Source: Paramoeba atlantica (taxonomy: Eukaryota > Protista > Discosea). Taken from it: a DNA stretch of 64,000 bases. The stretch spans positions 152,120 to 216,119 of the forward strand of contig CDRNVI010000170.1 of assembly GCA_977017575.1 (NCBI GenBank), written 5' to 3'. The position numbers and the translations under genes are program-made. Below the pieces are notes generated by a model. That model had not been told where the DNA came from, did not search any database, and saw nothing but the letters and a program-made list of their open reading frames with translations. Within the stretch, counting starts at the first letter, position 1; every line of letters begins with the position of its first letter. Positions 47,905-62,019 of this stretch are shown one piece after another.

Positions 47905-50900
47905 ACTATTTTTTTTTCCAAAAAAAAAAGACTATTTTTTTCTTCTCCCCCCCAATTGGGAAAAAAGAAAAAAACATCTTCGAAAAGAATTCAAAGTATT
48001 TCATCAATTTTTTGTTATCAAAAAATAAGTTTTTTGTTTTTCGTTAGAATTCAATTTTCCAACAAAGAAATCCTCTTTGCAATTTCTCATTGAACCTCTT
48101 CATGAAATAGTTTGAAAACAAATGTATTCTGTTTCCAAGTTTTCAAAAGAGAGAGAAATAAACTGAAAGAAAAAGATAATTCTTTTTCTTTTTTTTTATT
48201 TCCAGGAAAGGAGAAGAAAAAAAAGAAAAGAAGAAAAATAATTTTCTTATCCAGAAATTGAAGTTGGTTGTTTTTTCTGTCTTTTTAATCAACAAAAAAA
48301 TCACCTTCCACAAATTCGATTTTGTTTTGTTTCAAAATTTGAAACAAACAAAAGAAAAAATAACTCCCACATTTTTTTTTGAATTTTATTGTCTGAAGTT
48401 ACAAACAACTTCAAGCAAAAAATGTCACAAAAATGTCCGAGATATTTTTCAATGAAAAGAGATCCAAACAGAACTGAGATTGAGTTTTTAAACTCGATTC
48501 AAATCTGTTTTTACTCGTTTCCTTATTTAGACTATTACATAAAGTCACGATTGAATAGGACTATGTTTTTTTTCCCCCTCTGGTAGGAGAGAGCATCTAT
48601 GAGGTATGTAACCCCTCTGAGAAGAAAGAGCAGCTTTTTTGACCCAGAAAAGCTAATTTTGGAGTTCCAAAAAAGTGGACCAATCAAATAATGCCACGTC
48701 ATTTCTTTACTTCCCCATTTTTTCCCCCAAAAAGTCTTATTTTATTCTTCTTTGTTCTTTCTTTTGAACAACCCTTTTTTTGTTCTTTCACCTCTCAACT
48801 CATGAGTTTGTTTTTCTCTTTTCCTTTCTCTTTGTATCAAAAAAGAATTTCCACAAAAAGTTCAAAGGAAATCACAAACCCCCACACCACACCACACTCC
48901 ACACACCACACACACACTATGAAAAACAAAAAAAAATTGAGAATGAAATCAAAAATTTAATTTGAAAAAGAGAACAAAACACTTTTTTATTTATTCAACA
49001 TAACAAGTGAGCTTTGTGAAATTTGTTTTTGTGTGGTGTGGTGTGGCCAAGAGGGGGGGGGGGGTAGTAGAGAAACACTCTTTTATCCACACTCAAACCC
49101 ACAACAACATTCAAATTGAGGGTGGGTCCATCATTTTAAGAAAAAGAAAGGAAGAAAAAAGAAGGAAGAAAAAAGATGAAAGAAAGAAAAAGGAAAAAAA
49201 AAAGAAGAGGAAAAAAAAAAAAGTTTCATCTGGCAGCAACACAAAAGAGAACAAAGCAGGCTGTGTGTATTGTGTGTTATATATGTAATCCATATATTTC
49301 CACATAACTCATCCTCACTCCTTTGAAAAATGTTCCAAAGAGGCTGCAACATTTGTTTCTGTGAACAAATATGAAAGCCTTTTTAGTTTTTTTTTACAAT
49401 ATATCCATTGCAAATTTACCACCCCCCCCCCACCCAAAACCAAAATACACCTTGACCCTCTCCTATTTTATTCCATCCCTAAAACCTTGTCAACACAACC
49501 CCACCCCCTCCAATATTTAACCACCCCCACAATTATCCATATTATCCAACAGGGTTGACCCATCCAAAGAAAAATAGAAGAAAAATAGAAGAAAAATAAA
49601 AGAAAAATAAAAGAAAAAAAGAAGAAAAAAAGAAGAAAAAGAAAAAAAAAATGAATAAATAAAAAATCACCAACCCAAACCAGTGTGTGGGGTTACCATC
49701 AAAAAACAGCAAACACAACACACACACACAAACACAACAATATTAACAACCAATTTACAAGAACAAATAAAAATATCCACAACTAAAAATCAAAACAACA
49801 ACAACAACAACAACAACAACCCAAGGATAAGAAGAATATAACAAAAACAACAAAAAATACCAACACATTAAGATCCCTCAATCATTTTAAGAAAAAGAAA
49901 GGAAAAAAAAGAAAAAGAAAAAAAGAAAAAAGATGAAAGAAAGAAAGAAGAAAAAAAAAAAGAAAAGAAAGAGAAAGATCAAAAGAAAGAAAAATTGGGT
50001 TCTATTTTCTCTCTTTGGTGTTCCAATCCCAAAAAAAGATTTCATCTGGCAACACAAGAACTCCCCAATAGAAATCATTGCTTGCCACCACCATACACTG
50101 CAAAAGCAGCTGTGTGTTGTGTGTTATTTATATAATCCATATATATTTCCACATAACTAACTCATCACTACTTTGAAAAATGTTCCAAAGAGGCTGCAAC
50201 ATTTGTTTATGTGAACAAATATTAAAGCCTTTTTAGTTTTTTTCAATATATCCATTGCAAGATTACCACCCCAACCCCCCCAAACCAAAATAGACCTTGC
50301 CCCTCTCCTTTTTTATTCCATTCCTATACAACCTTGTCAACACAATCCCACTCCCTCCAATATTTAACCACCCCCACAATTATCCATATTATCCAACAGG
50401 GGTGACCCATTCAAAGAAAAAAGAAGAAAAAAGAAGAAAAAAGAAGAAAAAAAGAAGAAAAAGAAAGAAAAATAAATCAATAAATAAAAAATCACCAACC
50501 CAAACAGGTGGGAGGGGAACCATCAAAAAACAACAAACACAACATGCAAACACAACAATCTAACAACCAATTTACAAGAACAAATAAAAATATCTCCACC
50601 ACCAAAAATCAAACAACACAAACAACAACCCAAACATAAGAAGAAGAATATAACAAAAACAACAAGAAATACCAACACATTAATACAACCAACCAACCAA
50701 CCCACAATTAAAACCAAAAAAATAACCTGATAATAATACCACAAATAAAAATACAAAACACCACCATCCAACAAAATAAACAACAAATACAACAACCAAC
50801 AAAACTTAAAAGAAGGAAAATAGAAAACTCAAATGGTGATGATTTTCATTCATCACACAAACAATTAAACAAACAAATCAAACAAAGGACCGCTCTCTTT

Positions 50901-53760
50901 CTTTACAATCAACTCAACAACAACAAAACAACAATTAATAACAAAAAAAACCACAATTAATAACAAAAAAAATAACAAGCAAAACAACAACAGCAACAAA
51001 ACTGGAATAGAACAAATAAAATAAAATAACAGCACCTCCAACAATAACTGAACAAACACTGAACCACCCAAACAACCAGGTGTTCAAACCAACAAAGCAA
51101 TTCACAAAACAAAATAAACAAAACAATAAACAAATTAAACAAAAAAGAAAAGAGAAAAACAGAACCTGATGGCTTTTATGGTGTGTGGGTGCAGTAACAA
51201 AGGTGGTTACCATCAAAAAACAACCAAACAACAAACAAAAACAACCAAACAAAAAACAACCAAACAACCAAACAACAAAATACCAATTACAAATCACACA
51301 ATAACACAAAAAACAACAAATAAAAAACAACCAAACAAACAACAATCAGAAGAACTTAAACAGTAACAGAATGACAATAACAACCAACAACCAATAAGAT
51401 ATCAATAACAGCCAACAACCAACAACCAACAACCAACAACCAACAACCAACAACCAACAACCAACAACCAACAACCAACAACCAACAACCAATAATAATA
51501 AATAATAATTTAAACAGTAACATAAAAATAAAAACAAGCAATGATGCAAAACAAATAAATAACAACACAACAATATTAACCCCAACCAAATAAACATCAA
51601 TAACCAAAATCAACAAATCAACAAAATAAAAAAAAAAAAAAAAACAAGAAAAGAGAAAAATGAAACCTGATGTTTCGATGGTGTGGGTGCGAAAGTAAAC
51701 GAGTGTTTTATTCTTTGCTGATAACACACAGAGCATTCTCCTTCTGTAACAAAGGTGGTTACCAACAAATACTAATTGCAAATAATAATACAATAACACA
51801 ACAACAACAAACATGCAAACAAACAACAACACAAACAGCAATAATCAGAAAAAAACTTAAACAGTAATGGGATGACAATAACAACAACCATCAAGAAAAT
51901 AACAACAACAACCAAACAATAACAACAGCAACCAATCAACCAATCAACCACAAAACAAATATCAACAACCAAAAACAAAAAAGGGAGAAAAGGGTGTGCC
52001 CAAAAAGAGGAGGAAGAAGGAAGGGCAAAAAAGAACAACAAAAAAAAAATCGGTTGCCACAAACACCCTCCCTCCTCTTTTAAATAACAAGAGGGGAGTG
52101 TTACTTTTCTTATCTTCCTGAGGTTGTGGAGAGGTGGTTCCACACAAACAAATCAAAACAAAAATGGGAAATTACCAAACAGACCCAGGGAGATGCCACC
52201 ATTGTCATGTCGAAACCCCCAACAACAACAAAAAAGAAAACACAATAAGGAAAAAAGATCAAACAAACAAACAAACAAACAAAAGCAAAAAAAAAAAGAA
52301 AGAGAAACAAAAAAGGATATATGGATATTTTCACACCTTTCTCTCCTCAAAAAACAGAGATCCATTGTCTTTTGAATAAAAGACATCCCCTCCCCCAAGA
52401 GTTATACACTCTTTTTTTAGAGATCAAACAAAGGAAACAAAGGAAACAACGGAAACAAAGGAAGAATAACAAGAAAAAAGGGAAAAAGAAGAAAAAAGAA
52501 AAACCAAAGAATATAAAACACAAGGCGACAAAAAAAAAGTGAAAAAATAAACATAAAAAAAAACCTTCAACAAAACTGTTCTCATCTCAAGGATGGGGGG
52601 GGTCCCTCCCATGTACTCTCTCCCTCCCTCAGATCACTCTTTTGCAACATCATCATCATCCATTGTCATCCATCCATCACCACGCCAGTCCTTCAGTCCC
52701 CAACCCACCCTGACAAGATACTTCCAGGTGGGCTGACCATCAAAAAAAAAAACAAAAATCTTCTCTTTTTTTTCTCTGTCAACAACGAACGAACAGAACA
52801 CCTTCCTTCCCCTCTTTCTTTCTTTTCCCTCTCCTCTCTCTCTCTTCCTCTCCTCACAAAAAAACACAAAAAAGAGGGAGCGGCTTTTGGAGATCTAAAT
52901 AAAAAAGAGGAAGCGCTATTTTTTAAATTGGGTTCAAAACACCCAACATTTTTCTTTTTGACTTCCCAAAAAATTAAGAGTTCGTGGCTAAAAAAATTTC
53001 TTTTTTTTTTGCGTTTTGCTCTTTCCTCTCTTCTCTTCTCTCTTCTCTTTCTCTCTCTTCTCGTCTTCTCTTTCTCTCTCTCTCTTCTCTATCAGTGTCC
53101 CTTTCTTTTTTCTTTCTTTTTTTCTTTTTTTTCTTTCTTTCTTTCTTTCTTTTCTCTTCAAGAAAATTTTTGATGATGATGCTGAGAATGGAGAGTTGGT
53201 TGTTCTCTTCGAACCCTCTTTTACTTCCGCCCAGCCCCCCCCTGTTTTCTTTTTCTTTTCTTTACTTCTTTTTTTCTTTCTTTTTTCTTTCTTCTTCTTT
53301 TTTGTTTTTACCATCAAAAAATCGAGAAGTTTGTGGCTAAATTTTGTTTGGTTTGTTTGTTTTGTGTTCTCTTTCTCTTTCTTTTTTCTCCCTTTTCTCT
53401 CTCTTTTCTCTCCTTTTCTCTCTCTTTTTGATTTTCTTTTTCTTTTTTTCTTTCTTTTTTTTTCTCTCTTCTTGAAAGGAATTTTGGTGGTGTCCTTCTC
53501 TTCCTTTCTCTTTTCATTCTTTGTCAGAGTTACTCTTTTCTTCTTTTCTTAAAAAGTAACACTCAGTGGGAGCGCAGGGGGGGGGAAACAAACAAAACTC
53601 CTTATTACTTGAGTGATTTGATTCATACTCTCTGGGTTCTTTGAATTCTCAAATTAGAACCCAGAAAGAATGGAGTCTCAAAAACACAAACACCCACGAG
53701 GGGAGTTAGACCAGTTTTTTCAAAAAAAAAAAGAAGAATTATAAAAGAAGATTAAAAAGA
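47905..53760. repeat. 5' ETS and intergenic spacer with tandem subrepeats (~49130-49870/49880-50680; ~51145-51400/51645-51900) and a (CCAACAA)n tract at ~51412-51492
   Basis: Duplicated anchors such as atccatatatttccacataact and tgttccaaagaggctgcaacatttgttt recur ~0.85 kb apart. Confidence 0.8.
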
Positions 53761-54139
53761 TTGCTGGTTGATTTGGGTTTTTTACCTTGCCTTTTTGTGC
53801 AGTCTTTTTTTTCTTTCTTGTCTTTTGTTTAGTGTGTGTGCAAACTTGCTGAGGGATACACTAAGAGGGTGTGGATCTTGCCTTCCTTGTGTGTGTGGGA
53901 TTGCTGCCACAAAGACTGCAACCAAGAAGGGTTGTTTTTCTTTGTGTGTTATTGCTGTTGGGGGTCTTCCATTGCTGTCAGTTTCCAACACTGAATCCTT
54001 CTCTGAATCCTTCTCCAAAGCTGTTTTATATTGGGTATCAAATATCCATCCTCTCTGGGTTCCAAATTTTCAAATTAGCATCCAGAGAGTATGAAAAACC
54101 CCAAAACAAAAACAAGGCCCTCTGATTGATAGGGAACAG

Positions 54140-54181
54140 TGCATTAGCCTTCTGAGCTGATAGTTCTTCACCCCCAGGTGC
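54140..54181 (+). pseudogene. Truncated relic of the tRNA-Arg at 57106
   Basis: gcattagccttctgagctgatagtt...cccccaggtgctttt vs gcatcggccttctgagctggtggtt...cctcctggtgctttt; also preceded by the hairpin element. Confidence 0.65.
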
Positions 54182-55368
54182 TTTTTTTTCTCTCTCTGTT
54201 TCTCTGCTTTTTTTTGTTTTGAAAAAAGAAAAGGAAGAAAAAAGGAAGAAAAAAGGAAGGAAAAAGGGAAAGGAAAAAAAGGGAAAAAAGGAAGAAAAGG
54301 AAAGAAAAGGAAAGAAAAAAAAAACAATAATAAAAAAAAAGAAAAGAAAAAAAAACAAGACAAACAAAAACAAGACAAACAAAAACAAAAAAAAAGAGAG
54401 AGACACAAGAAAAGAGAAAAAAAAGAGAAAAAAAGGAGAAAAAAAGAGTCAGGAAAAAATACCTCACCACACACACTACACAAGCATCCCTCAAGATGAA
54501 GAAGACAACAAACACAAAAAAAAAGTGAAAAAAATAAAAACCTTCAACAAAAACACAAAACACCCCCCCCCCCCCCCAAAAAAAAAAACACCCACCTCTC
54601 TGCTCTCCCTCCACTCTTGTCCTCCTCCCTCTCTTCTGTGGATCTGGTTTCATCATCCACTCCACTCGATGCCAATCACGATGTCATGTGGTTGAGTTGA
54701 TGCCCAAAAATACACACACAAAACGTCTCATCTCGTGGGTGCTTCTGGGTGACTTGTCAAAAAAAATAGTTTTTCTTTCTCTTTTTTTTTTTGTCAACAA
54801 ACATCAACAAACTTCTCTTTCCTCTTTTTCAATCTTTTTCTCTTTCTCTCTTCTCTCTTGTCCTCGTTTCTCTTTTTTTTTTTCAAAGGAATTTTGGTGA
54901 TGGTGAAAAGATAAAAAAAAAAAGAAATTAACCACCCCCTCAAAGCCAAAAGAAAAACAAAAAACAAAACAAAAAGATAAAATAATAAAAAAAAGGAAAC
55001 AAAAAACAAAAAAGGAACAAAAAAGGAACAAAAAACAAAAAAGAAGAAAAAAGAAACAAAAGAAAAACCTTCTTTTTTTGAAGAAAAAGGTTCAAAAATG
55101 GAAAACACAGATGCACGTGAATCCTCATTGGGAGATAAGACACCAAAAAGAATGTTTTTCTCTTTCTTCTCCTTCTCGCTTCTCCTCTTTTGTGTGTTGT
55201 TTTTGTTCACTCTTCTCCTCTTTCTCTCTCTCTCTCTCTTTTTCTTCCACACTTCACAAAAAAAAAAACCAACAAAAAAAAGGATGTGTTTTGGAACGCT
55301 AAAAAAATAAAGCTTATTTTTTTTTCTTTATATTTTTGGTCCATTTCCTATTTTCTTAATTTGGATAA

Positions 55369-56169
<801 letters not shown>

Positions 56170-56270
56170 AAGAAATAAAAGATATCTATTTATTTAACGA
56201 CTTATTTATTGGAAAAAATGAATCAGTTTTTTTTTGAGAATTGCTGAGAGAGAAAGAGAGGAGAAAGGAC

Positions 56271-56351
56271 AGGGAGAACAGGGAGAACAGGGAGAACAGG
56301 GAGAACAGGGAGAACAGGGAGAACAGGGAGAACAGGGAGAACAGGGAGAAC
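56271..56351. repeat. (AGGGAGAAC)n 9-bp tandem repeat, about 9 copies
   Basis: Directly visible. Confidence 0.9.
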
Positions 56352-56455
56352 AGAGAGGGAGAGGGAGGTGAGGAGGTTATCTTCTTTTCCAGAAAAAAAG
56401 GGGATGATTCAAAATTTATCATTTTGTTAAAAGAAGAAAAAAAAGAAGAGAAAGT

Positions 56456-56574
56456 GTCTTCGGTCATACCCAGTTGAAAGCACCCGATCCCATCAGAACT
56501 CGGAAGTTAAGCAGCTGTGGGCTCGGTTAGTAGAATGGTGGGTGACCACATTCGAATCCCGAGTGCTGAAGACC
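56456..56574 (+). rRNA. 5S rRNA (identical to 3325-3443)
   Basis: Base-by-base comparison shows no difference. Confidence 0.95.
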
Positions 56575-57105
56575 TTCTCCTTTTTTTCTTTCTTTTTTTC
56601 TTTTCTTTTTTCTTTTTTTCTTTTCTCAATTTTCTTCCCCACCAACCTTCTTTTTCTCTGTCTTGATGGTTCCTGGATCTTTTTTTTTTCTTTTTTCTTC
56701 TTTTTTTCTTTCCTTTTTTTTTTTTCATTTTCTTGCTCCTCCATAATTAAAGCTCTATTTTTTCCCCCCCCCTTCCTCCCTCATTCTCCTTTTCTCAAAA
56801 ATTTGTTTTTTTTCCTTCCCCACAGGGTTCATTTTGTTTTTCATCCCTTTTGTGATTGGGTATATTTTTGTGATCATATATTCATACTCTCTGGGTCCGA
56901 ATTTTCAAATTAGCATCCAGAGAGTATGAAACAAATCCAAAAGAAAAAACAAAAAAAAAACCATTATCTCTCTTTTTTCCAGATGAAATCTTCCCAATCC
57001 CCATTGGAACAAAAGAATCACAACCAACAAACCTCCCTCCTCTTGAGACTCCGAGAGAAGAGAGAGAGAAGGACACAAAAAAAATGGAAAATATTTTTCA
57101 GAAAT

Positions 57106-57178
57106 GCACTAGTGGCGCAATTGGTAGCGCATCGGCCTTCTGAGCTGGTGGTTGTGGGTTCGAGTCCCTCCTGGTGCT
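57106..57178 (+). tRNA. tRNA-Arg(TCT), atypical (G37, T-stem mismatch)
   Basis: GCACTAG/CTGGTGC acceptor, CT-TCT-GA loop, GTTCGAGTC, poly-T terminator. Confidence 0.75.
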
Positions 57179-58399
57179 TTTTTTTTTCTTTCTCCTCTCA
57201 CCCTTTCTCTTTTTTCTTTTTCTCACCTTTTTCTCTTTTTTTTCTTCACTTTTCTCTTTTTCTTTCTCTACTCTCTTTTTTTTCTTTCTTTCACTCTTTC
57301 TCTCTTTTTTTCTCTCCCTCTCTCTTTTTTTATCTTCTTCTTCTTTTCCTTCCAAATTCCCTTTTCTTTTCTCTCTCTTTTGTTTTTCAAAGAGAAAAAG
57401 GAAAAAAAAGGAAAAAGGAAAAAGGAAAAAAAAAAGAAAAAAAAGAAGGAAAAAAAAAAGAAAAAAAGGGAAAAAATAAGAAAAAAAAGGAAAGAAGGAA
57501 AAAATGAAAAAAATGAAAAAAATAAAAAAAAATGAAAAAAAAAAGACCTCTTGGTTTGAGCTGGCGCAGATCACCACAACCCCAAGATCACACAACACAC
57601 CCACCGAGACGGATCCCCTGAAAAGAAAGGTGCCACAACCTGAGACAGGGAACAACAGCATGAATTGTTTTGGAAAAAGGAGAATGAGAGAAAAAAAAGG
57701 AGGGGACAACTTGAGAAGAGAAAAGAGTGGGGAAAGGGGGAAAAAAAGGGAGAAACAAGAAAGAGAGAGAAACGAAAAAAAAAAAAACCAAAAAGCAGTT
57801 TATTGAGTTTACAAAAAGCATCTTCCACGGTTTTCGATGTCCTGAAAAATTAAGGGATCTAAATCAGCGGTTCAACCGCTTTTTTTGTTTCTTTTTTTTG
57901 GTGAGCAGCACAGGTGACAGAAGAGAGAGAAGAGAGAAAGAAGAAAGAGAAGAAAGAGAGAGAGAGAGAGGAAAGGGAGGGAAGAGAAGAAAGAGAAGAA
58001 AGAGAAGAAAGAGAGGAAGAGAGGAAAGAGAAGAGAAAGAGAGGAAACTTTCTTGGAGAAAGGAACTTTGTGTTTGAATCTCTTTTTCCTTTGGTTTCTT
58101 TTTTTTTTACCCTTTTTCCTTCTTTTTTTTTCTTTTTTTCCCCCTGTTTTCCTTTTTTTTCTTTTCTTGTTTCTCTCCTTTTTTTTCTTTTCTGCTCTTT
58201 GATTTCTTTTTATTGCTGTTTTCGCCAAAAGTTGAATTTAGTTGGTAAACAACAATAAATTTCTTTTTAAAAGAAATTTTCTGTTTCTTAATCCTTTGTG
58301 CGGCGAGTGATGGGTTGAGAAAAAAATGTGAACAAGGCTGATGATTTTAGACAGCAGTGAGATTGAATAATACACAATGTGTGATGTGGATCTACCAAG

Positions 58400-61300
58400 A
58401 TTACTTTCTTGACTCAAAGTTTAGTGGAAAAAGGAGGTTGGTTGAGTTGAAGTTGTGGCAGTGGCTGCTCAACATAGAAGTCTTCCTCATCATTGGTTCA
58501 CTGGCAACAGGATAACTGGGATGAGGCAGGCAATACTGCTTTGGGGGGGGGGGGTTCTTGGAAGAAGGTCTTCATACAATTACTGGGTGGTCCAGATACA
58601 ACTGGGTAGTTGAGATAAAGAAGATCCTGAATATATGCTTAAGGAAATGATTCTCTTGGAGGTTTTTGTTCAATTTTTGGGTCTGAATGAAGAGACAAAT
58701 GCCCAACAACAATATCTTATTAGGATATTTTGTGTTCGTTTCCGTTCGGTTCCTTGTTTGCACGTTTCTGGTTTGACCAAGAGAATCGAAAGAGTTTTGT
58801 TTTCGAAGCTGCAAAGGATTTCCGTATTTACACCTCTCCCCCCTTTTTGAAAAATCAAGTGTCCTCACTTGGCAAACTCTTCTTGAATTGTTTGTTCGAG
58901 TCTGACTGTCAAGGATAGCAAAATAGCAAAATAGCAAAGATAGCAAGGGAAAAACCACACGAGTGGAAAGCCCTTGGTTCGAGGGAAAACCAGGACAAAC
59001 ACGGCGCAAAAAACCCTCAGGCGTGAAAGTAGAAAAAAAAATTCGATCTCCTTTCGCAGTTCCGGAAGATTAGTCTCTTTATCCCTTCATTTCGAGGTAA
59101 TTTTCTAATTCATTCCCATGTGAATCTTTCACATCTTCTTCGTACATCCAACGTTTTTGAATTCTTCCTCTGCCAGTAGGGCCAACAACAAGATATTGAT
59201 TATATCCATTGTATATTCTTTCTTGGATAATTTGGGTGTCAAATCCCTTATTTTCTTGTCCAAGGTTTGAATTTGTGGATTGTGTTAATTTTCGTCTTTT
59301 TCTGAATTCTCTCAGGAGAATGGGTCTCGCGGAGGATTTTATGAATTTCTCTCCTTGCATTCTCTTTTTCTAAGAGGTAATCTTTCAGAAGTTCAGAGTC
59401 TTTTAATTGTTCATGTAAAAACCATTCATATCTTATTTTTCCTGCTGCAGTGGTGATCTGAACACGATATTTTTTCGGTTCTCCAGAATCATTCTCACTC
59501 AGGATTTTGTATTGAAGACTTCAGACGTCCTTTCCCAGGTTCCAACTGGAGGGTCTCTTCTGATTGTTCCATGGGCTCTAAAGTTATCCATTCAACTGTT
59601 TTCAATTCACCAATTTCCCCACAGGTTCTGGAAGAACCGCGGAAATTTGAGAATTGTCTTTATTTTTCTGCAAAAAGGGAAAGTCAATGTTTGCCCATGC
59701 AACAATTTTCGGAATTCGATTTTTCCTTTGTCAAAGTCAAGGACAGCTCCAATCTTTGAAAGAAATGGAGTTCCAAAAATAATGCTGGAAGAGAGCTCAT
59801 TTAAGACTGTGAACCCAGTGTCTCCTCCTTTCCCCAGCAGCAATGTTGATTTCAAGGAGAACTTCCTCCCTTGCCATAGTGACCTTGCCGCCTTGATATG
59901 GTCTTCTCATTCTTGGTACAATGTTTTTAATGGGCTTTTCAGACACCACATCAATTCCAGCACCAGAATCATGTATGCATTTTTGATCAACAGTAAAAGG
60001 GGTGTATGGTTAACAAATTGTTATTTATTTGACTCAGTTTCGGAAATACTTCTCTCGTCAAGATCTTCTTGTCAAATATAACAAATTCTTTGTCAGTCAG
60101 ATTAACCAAAGTGTGATTTGTATCCTGTTTCCAAGATCTCTTAGTATTTTTCAGATTTGTCAAATTGTAAAGAAGTCAAACCTTGCCAGTATTTTTGTGC
60201 CCTCTTCAGGTGTTAGTGTTCCACCTTCCATTGCATCAAAAAGTTCGGAAGCTCTTTCAATTAGTTTCCAGAACTTCTTTTGAGGTTCTTTCCGTCTTTG
60301 GGAGTCAGTTTTCATGGGGGTTCTGGTCTCCCCGTGTAGCCATTTTTGATAATCCATTGTCTCAGGGTACTCCTTTTGGATTGCTTTGGAATATTGTTCC
60401 ATTGCTCTCCTCCAGGGGGTCCTTACCGAAAATGGCATTTGACAATTGCGAACCCTTATGAATTTCGCAGTGTTCAACCAGAAACACTGGCGACTTCCAT
60501 GGTCTGTAAAGCCGCAAAGTGGACATCTCATCTTCCCTTGAGTCCTGAAAGAAGCTGCGGATTCAGACCGCAATCCCTCCATCAAGCGACAAAGTCGGAG
60601 AAGATGAGCTCCACCACAAATGAAACAAAAAGGTTCTTCCCTCTTTCTCTTTCGATCAGTTTGGTCTGCAATCTTTTGATACTCTGCCGTATCCTGAACT
60701 CCAATCTTTGCTAATCGAGGTTCTGGCGTCGAGCACTCCAGAGTGAACTTCAGATCGACAAGAAATCTCTTCACTGTATCCTCCCAATTAAGTTTTCTTC
60801 CCAAATCCTTAAACTTCGCCTTGAATACAGACCCTTGTTCAAATTTCTCAGCAAATTCGTCAATAATATCTCTATCACGCGCATCCCTTCGAGAAATTTT
60901 GTTCTTCTTCAAATTTTGATCGAGAAAATGGGTCGCGTACTGCTGGAACTTGCTCATTTTCGAATTAGGCATTCGAAAATTTTGGTACCTGGACGAGTCT
61001 GTCATCTCCTCTTCAGTTTGTCCAAACATTTTCCGCAAAGCCTCAAGCAAAACAAGTGGATCTTGGGACTCGCTCACCATCTTCCAACTAATTGAGTTAG
61101 GCAGTTTGATAAATAACTTCAGATCCCTCCCAAGAGGTGCCACATTTGGCGAGACTTTTGAGTTCAGCTTTTCTCTCGCCACATAACAAAAATCGTTCAC
61201 TTCAGTGGGGTCCGAAAAATTCGTTTCTTTTACCAGTTCTCTCAGATTATCTCTTTGAGCCTTTGTATACGTTCCAGAGTCTTGAGATGGGTAAGGGTCG

Positions 61301-61480
61301 ATCCATCAACATCGAGCTGAGTTGAGAGATTTGTCTTCTCATGCCACTCAAGTCCTTGTTCATCAGCTGTCTCTCTTCTCAGAGTTGAAGAAAACTGTTC
61401 TGGAGGTCTTCATAAGAGGGCGCCTCGTCTTTCCCATTTCCACGAACAGGTGAAAGGCCATCAAGTAGATATCGGTGAGA
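58400..61480 (-). mobile_element. 5'-truncated gypsy derivative: gag, protease, two chromodomain-like segments, PPT, LTR start at 58832; no RT/RH/IN; left boundary uncertain
   Basis: gag with two knuckles; CIHDSGAGIDVVS and IIFGTPFLSKIGAVLDFDKG protease halves; KKYRVQ...YEWFLHEQL and NQYLVV...RWMYEEDV; AAAAAGGGGGGAGAGG before TGTAAAT. Confidence 0.75.
60160..61200 (-). CDS. Retrotransposon gag with two zinc knuckles (open part of a longer disrupted frame)
   Basis: CFICGGAHLLRLC and CPLCGFTDHGSRQC. Confidence 0.8.
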   Translation of the reverse strand: MNDFCYVAREKLNSKVSPNVAPLGRDLKLFIKLPNSISWKMVSESQDPLVLLEALRKMFGQTEEEMTDSSRYQNFRMPNSKMSKFQQYATHFLDQNLKKNKISRRDARDRDIIDEFAEKFEQGSVFKAKFKDLGRKLNWEDTVKRFLVDLKFTLECSTPEPRLAKIGVQDTAEYQKIADQTDRKRKREEPFCFICGGAHLLRLCRLMEGLRSESAASFRTQGKMRCPLCGFTDHGSRQCFWLNTAKFIRVRNCQMPFSVRTPWRRAMEQYSKAIQKEYPETMDYQKWLHGETRTPMKTDSQRRKEPQKKFWKLIERASELFDAMEGGTLTPEEGTKILARFDFFTI

Positions 61481-61633
61481 TTCATCTCTCATCACAAACC
61501 GAGATGAAGTTGAAGAACCTGAAGAACTTGAAAAGGAGTTGAAAAACTTGAAGGAGTTGAAGAACTGGAAAGGAGCTGAGGAACTTGAGAGAATTGAAGA
61601 ACTTGAAGGAGTTGAAGAACTCGCAGGAGTCAA

Positions 61634-62019
61634 TTGTCTCAAGCTGATATTGATTGAATGGTGAAGGATGCTGAACAGTTTAAGGATGAAGATGAGGAAG
61701 CTCGTAAGAAGGTTGAAGCGAAGAATGGACTTGAGAACTATGCTTACTCTTTGTTGCTGAGTTTGAACACAGGAGGAAGGAATTGGAAGAGAAGGTGATG
61801 CCAATCTTCTCCAAGATCTACCAAGGAGCTGGTGGTGAGGGTGGTGTGCCTGGTGGTATGCCCAGTGGTATGCCAGGAGGAGGTATGCCTGGTGGATTCC
61901 CTGGTGGAGCTGGTGGATTCCCTGGTGGTGATTCTGGTTCTGGAGGTTTCTCTGGTTCTGGTGGAAATGCAGGAGGATCTGGTTCTTCTGCTGAACCCAA
62001 GATCGAGGAAGTTGATTAA
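61634..62019 (+). pseudogene. HSP70: Cytosolic Hsp70 C-terminal fragment with a stop and an internal deletion
   Basis: [39 protein letters not shown], deletion, then [27 protein letters not shown] repeats, PKIEEVD*. Confidence 0.92.
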
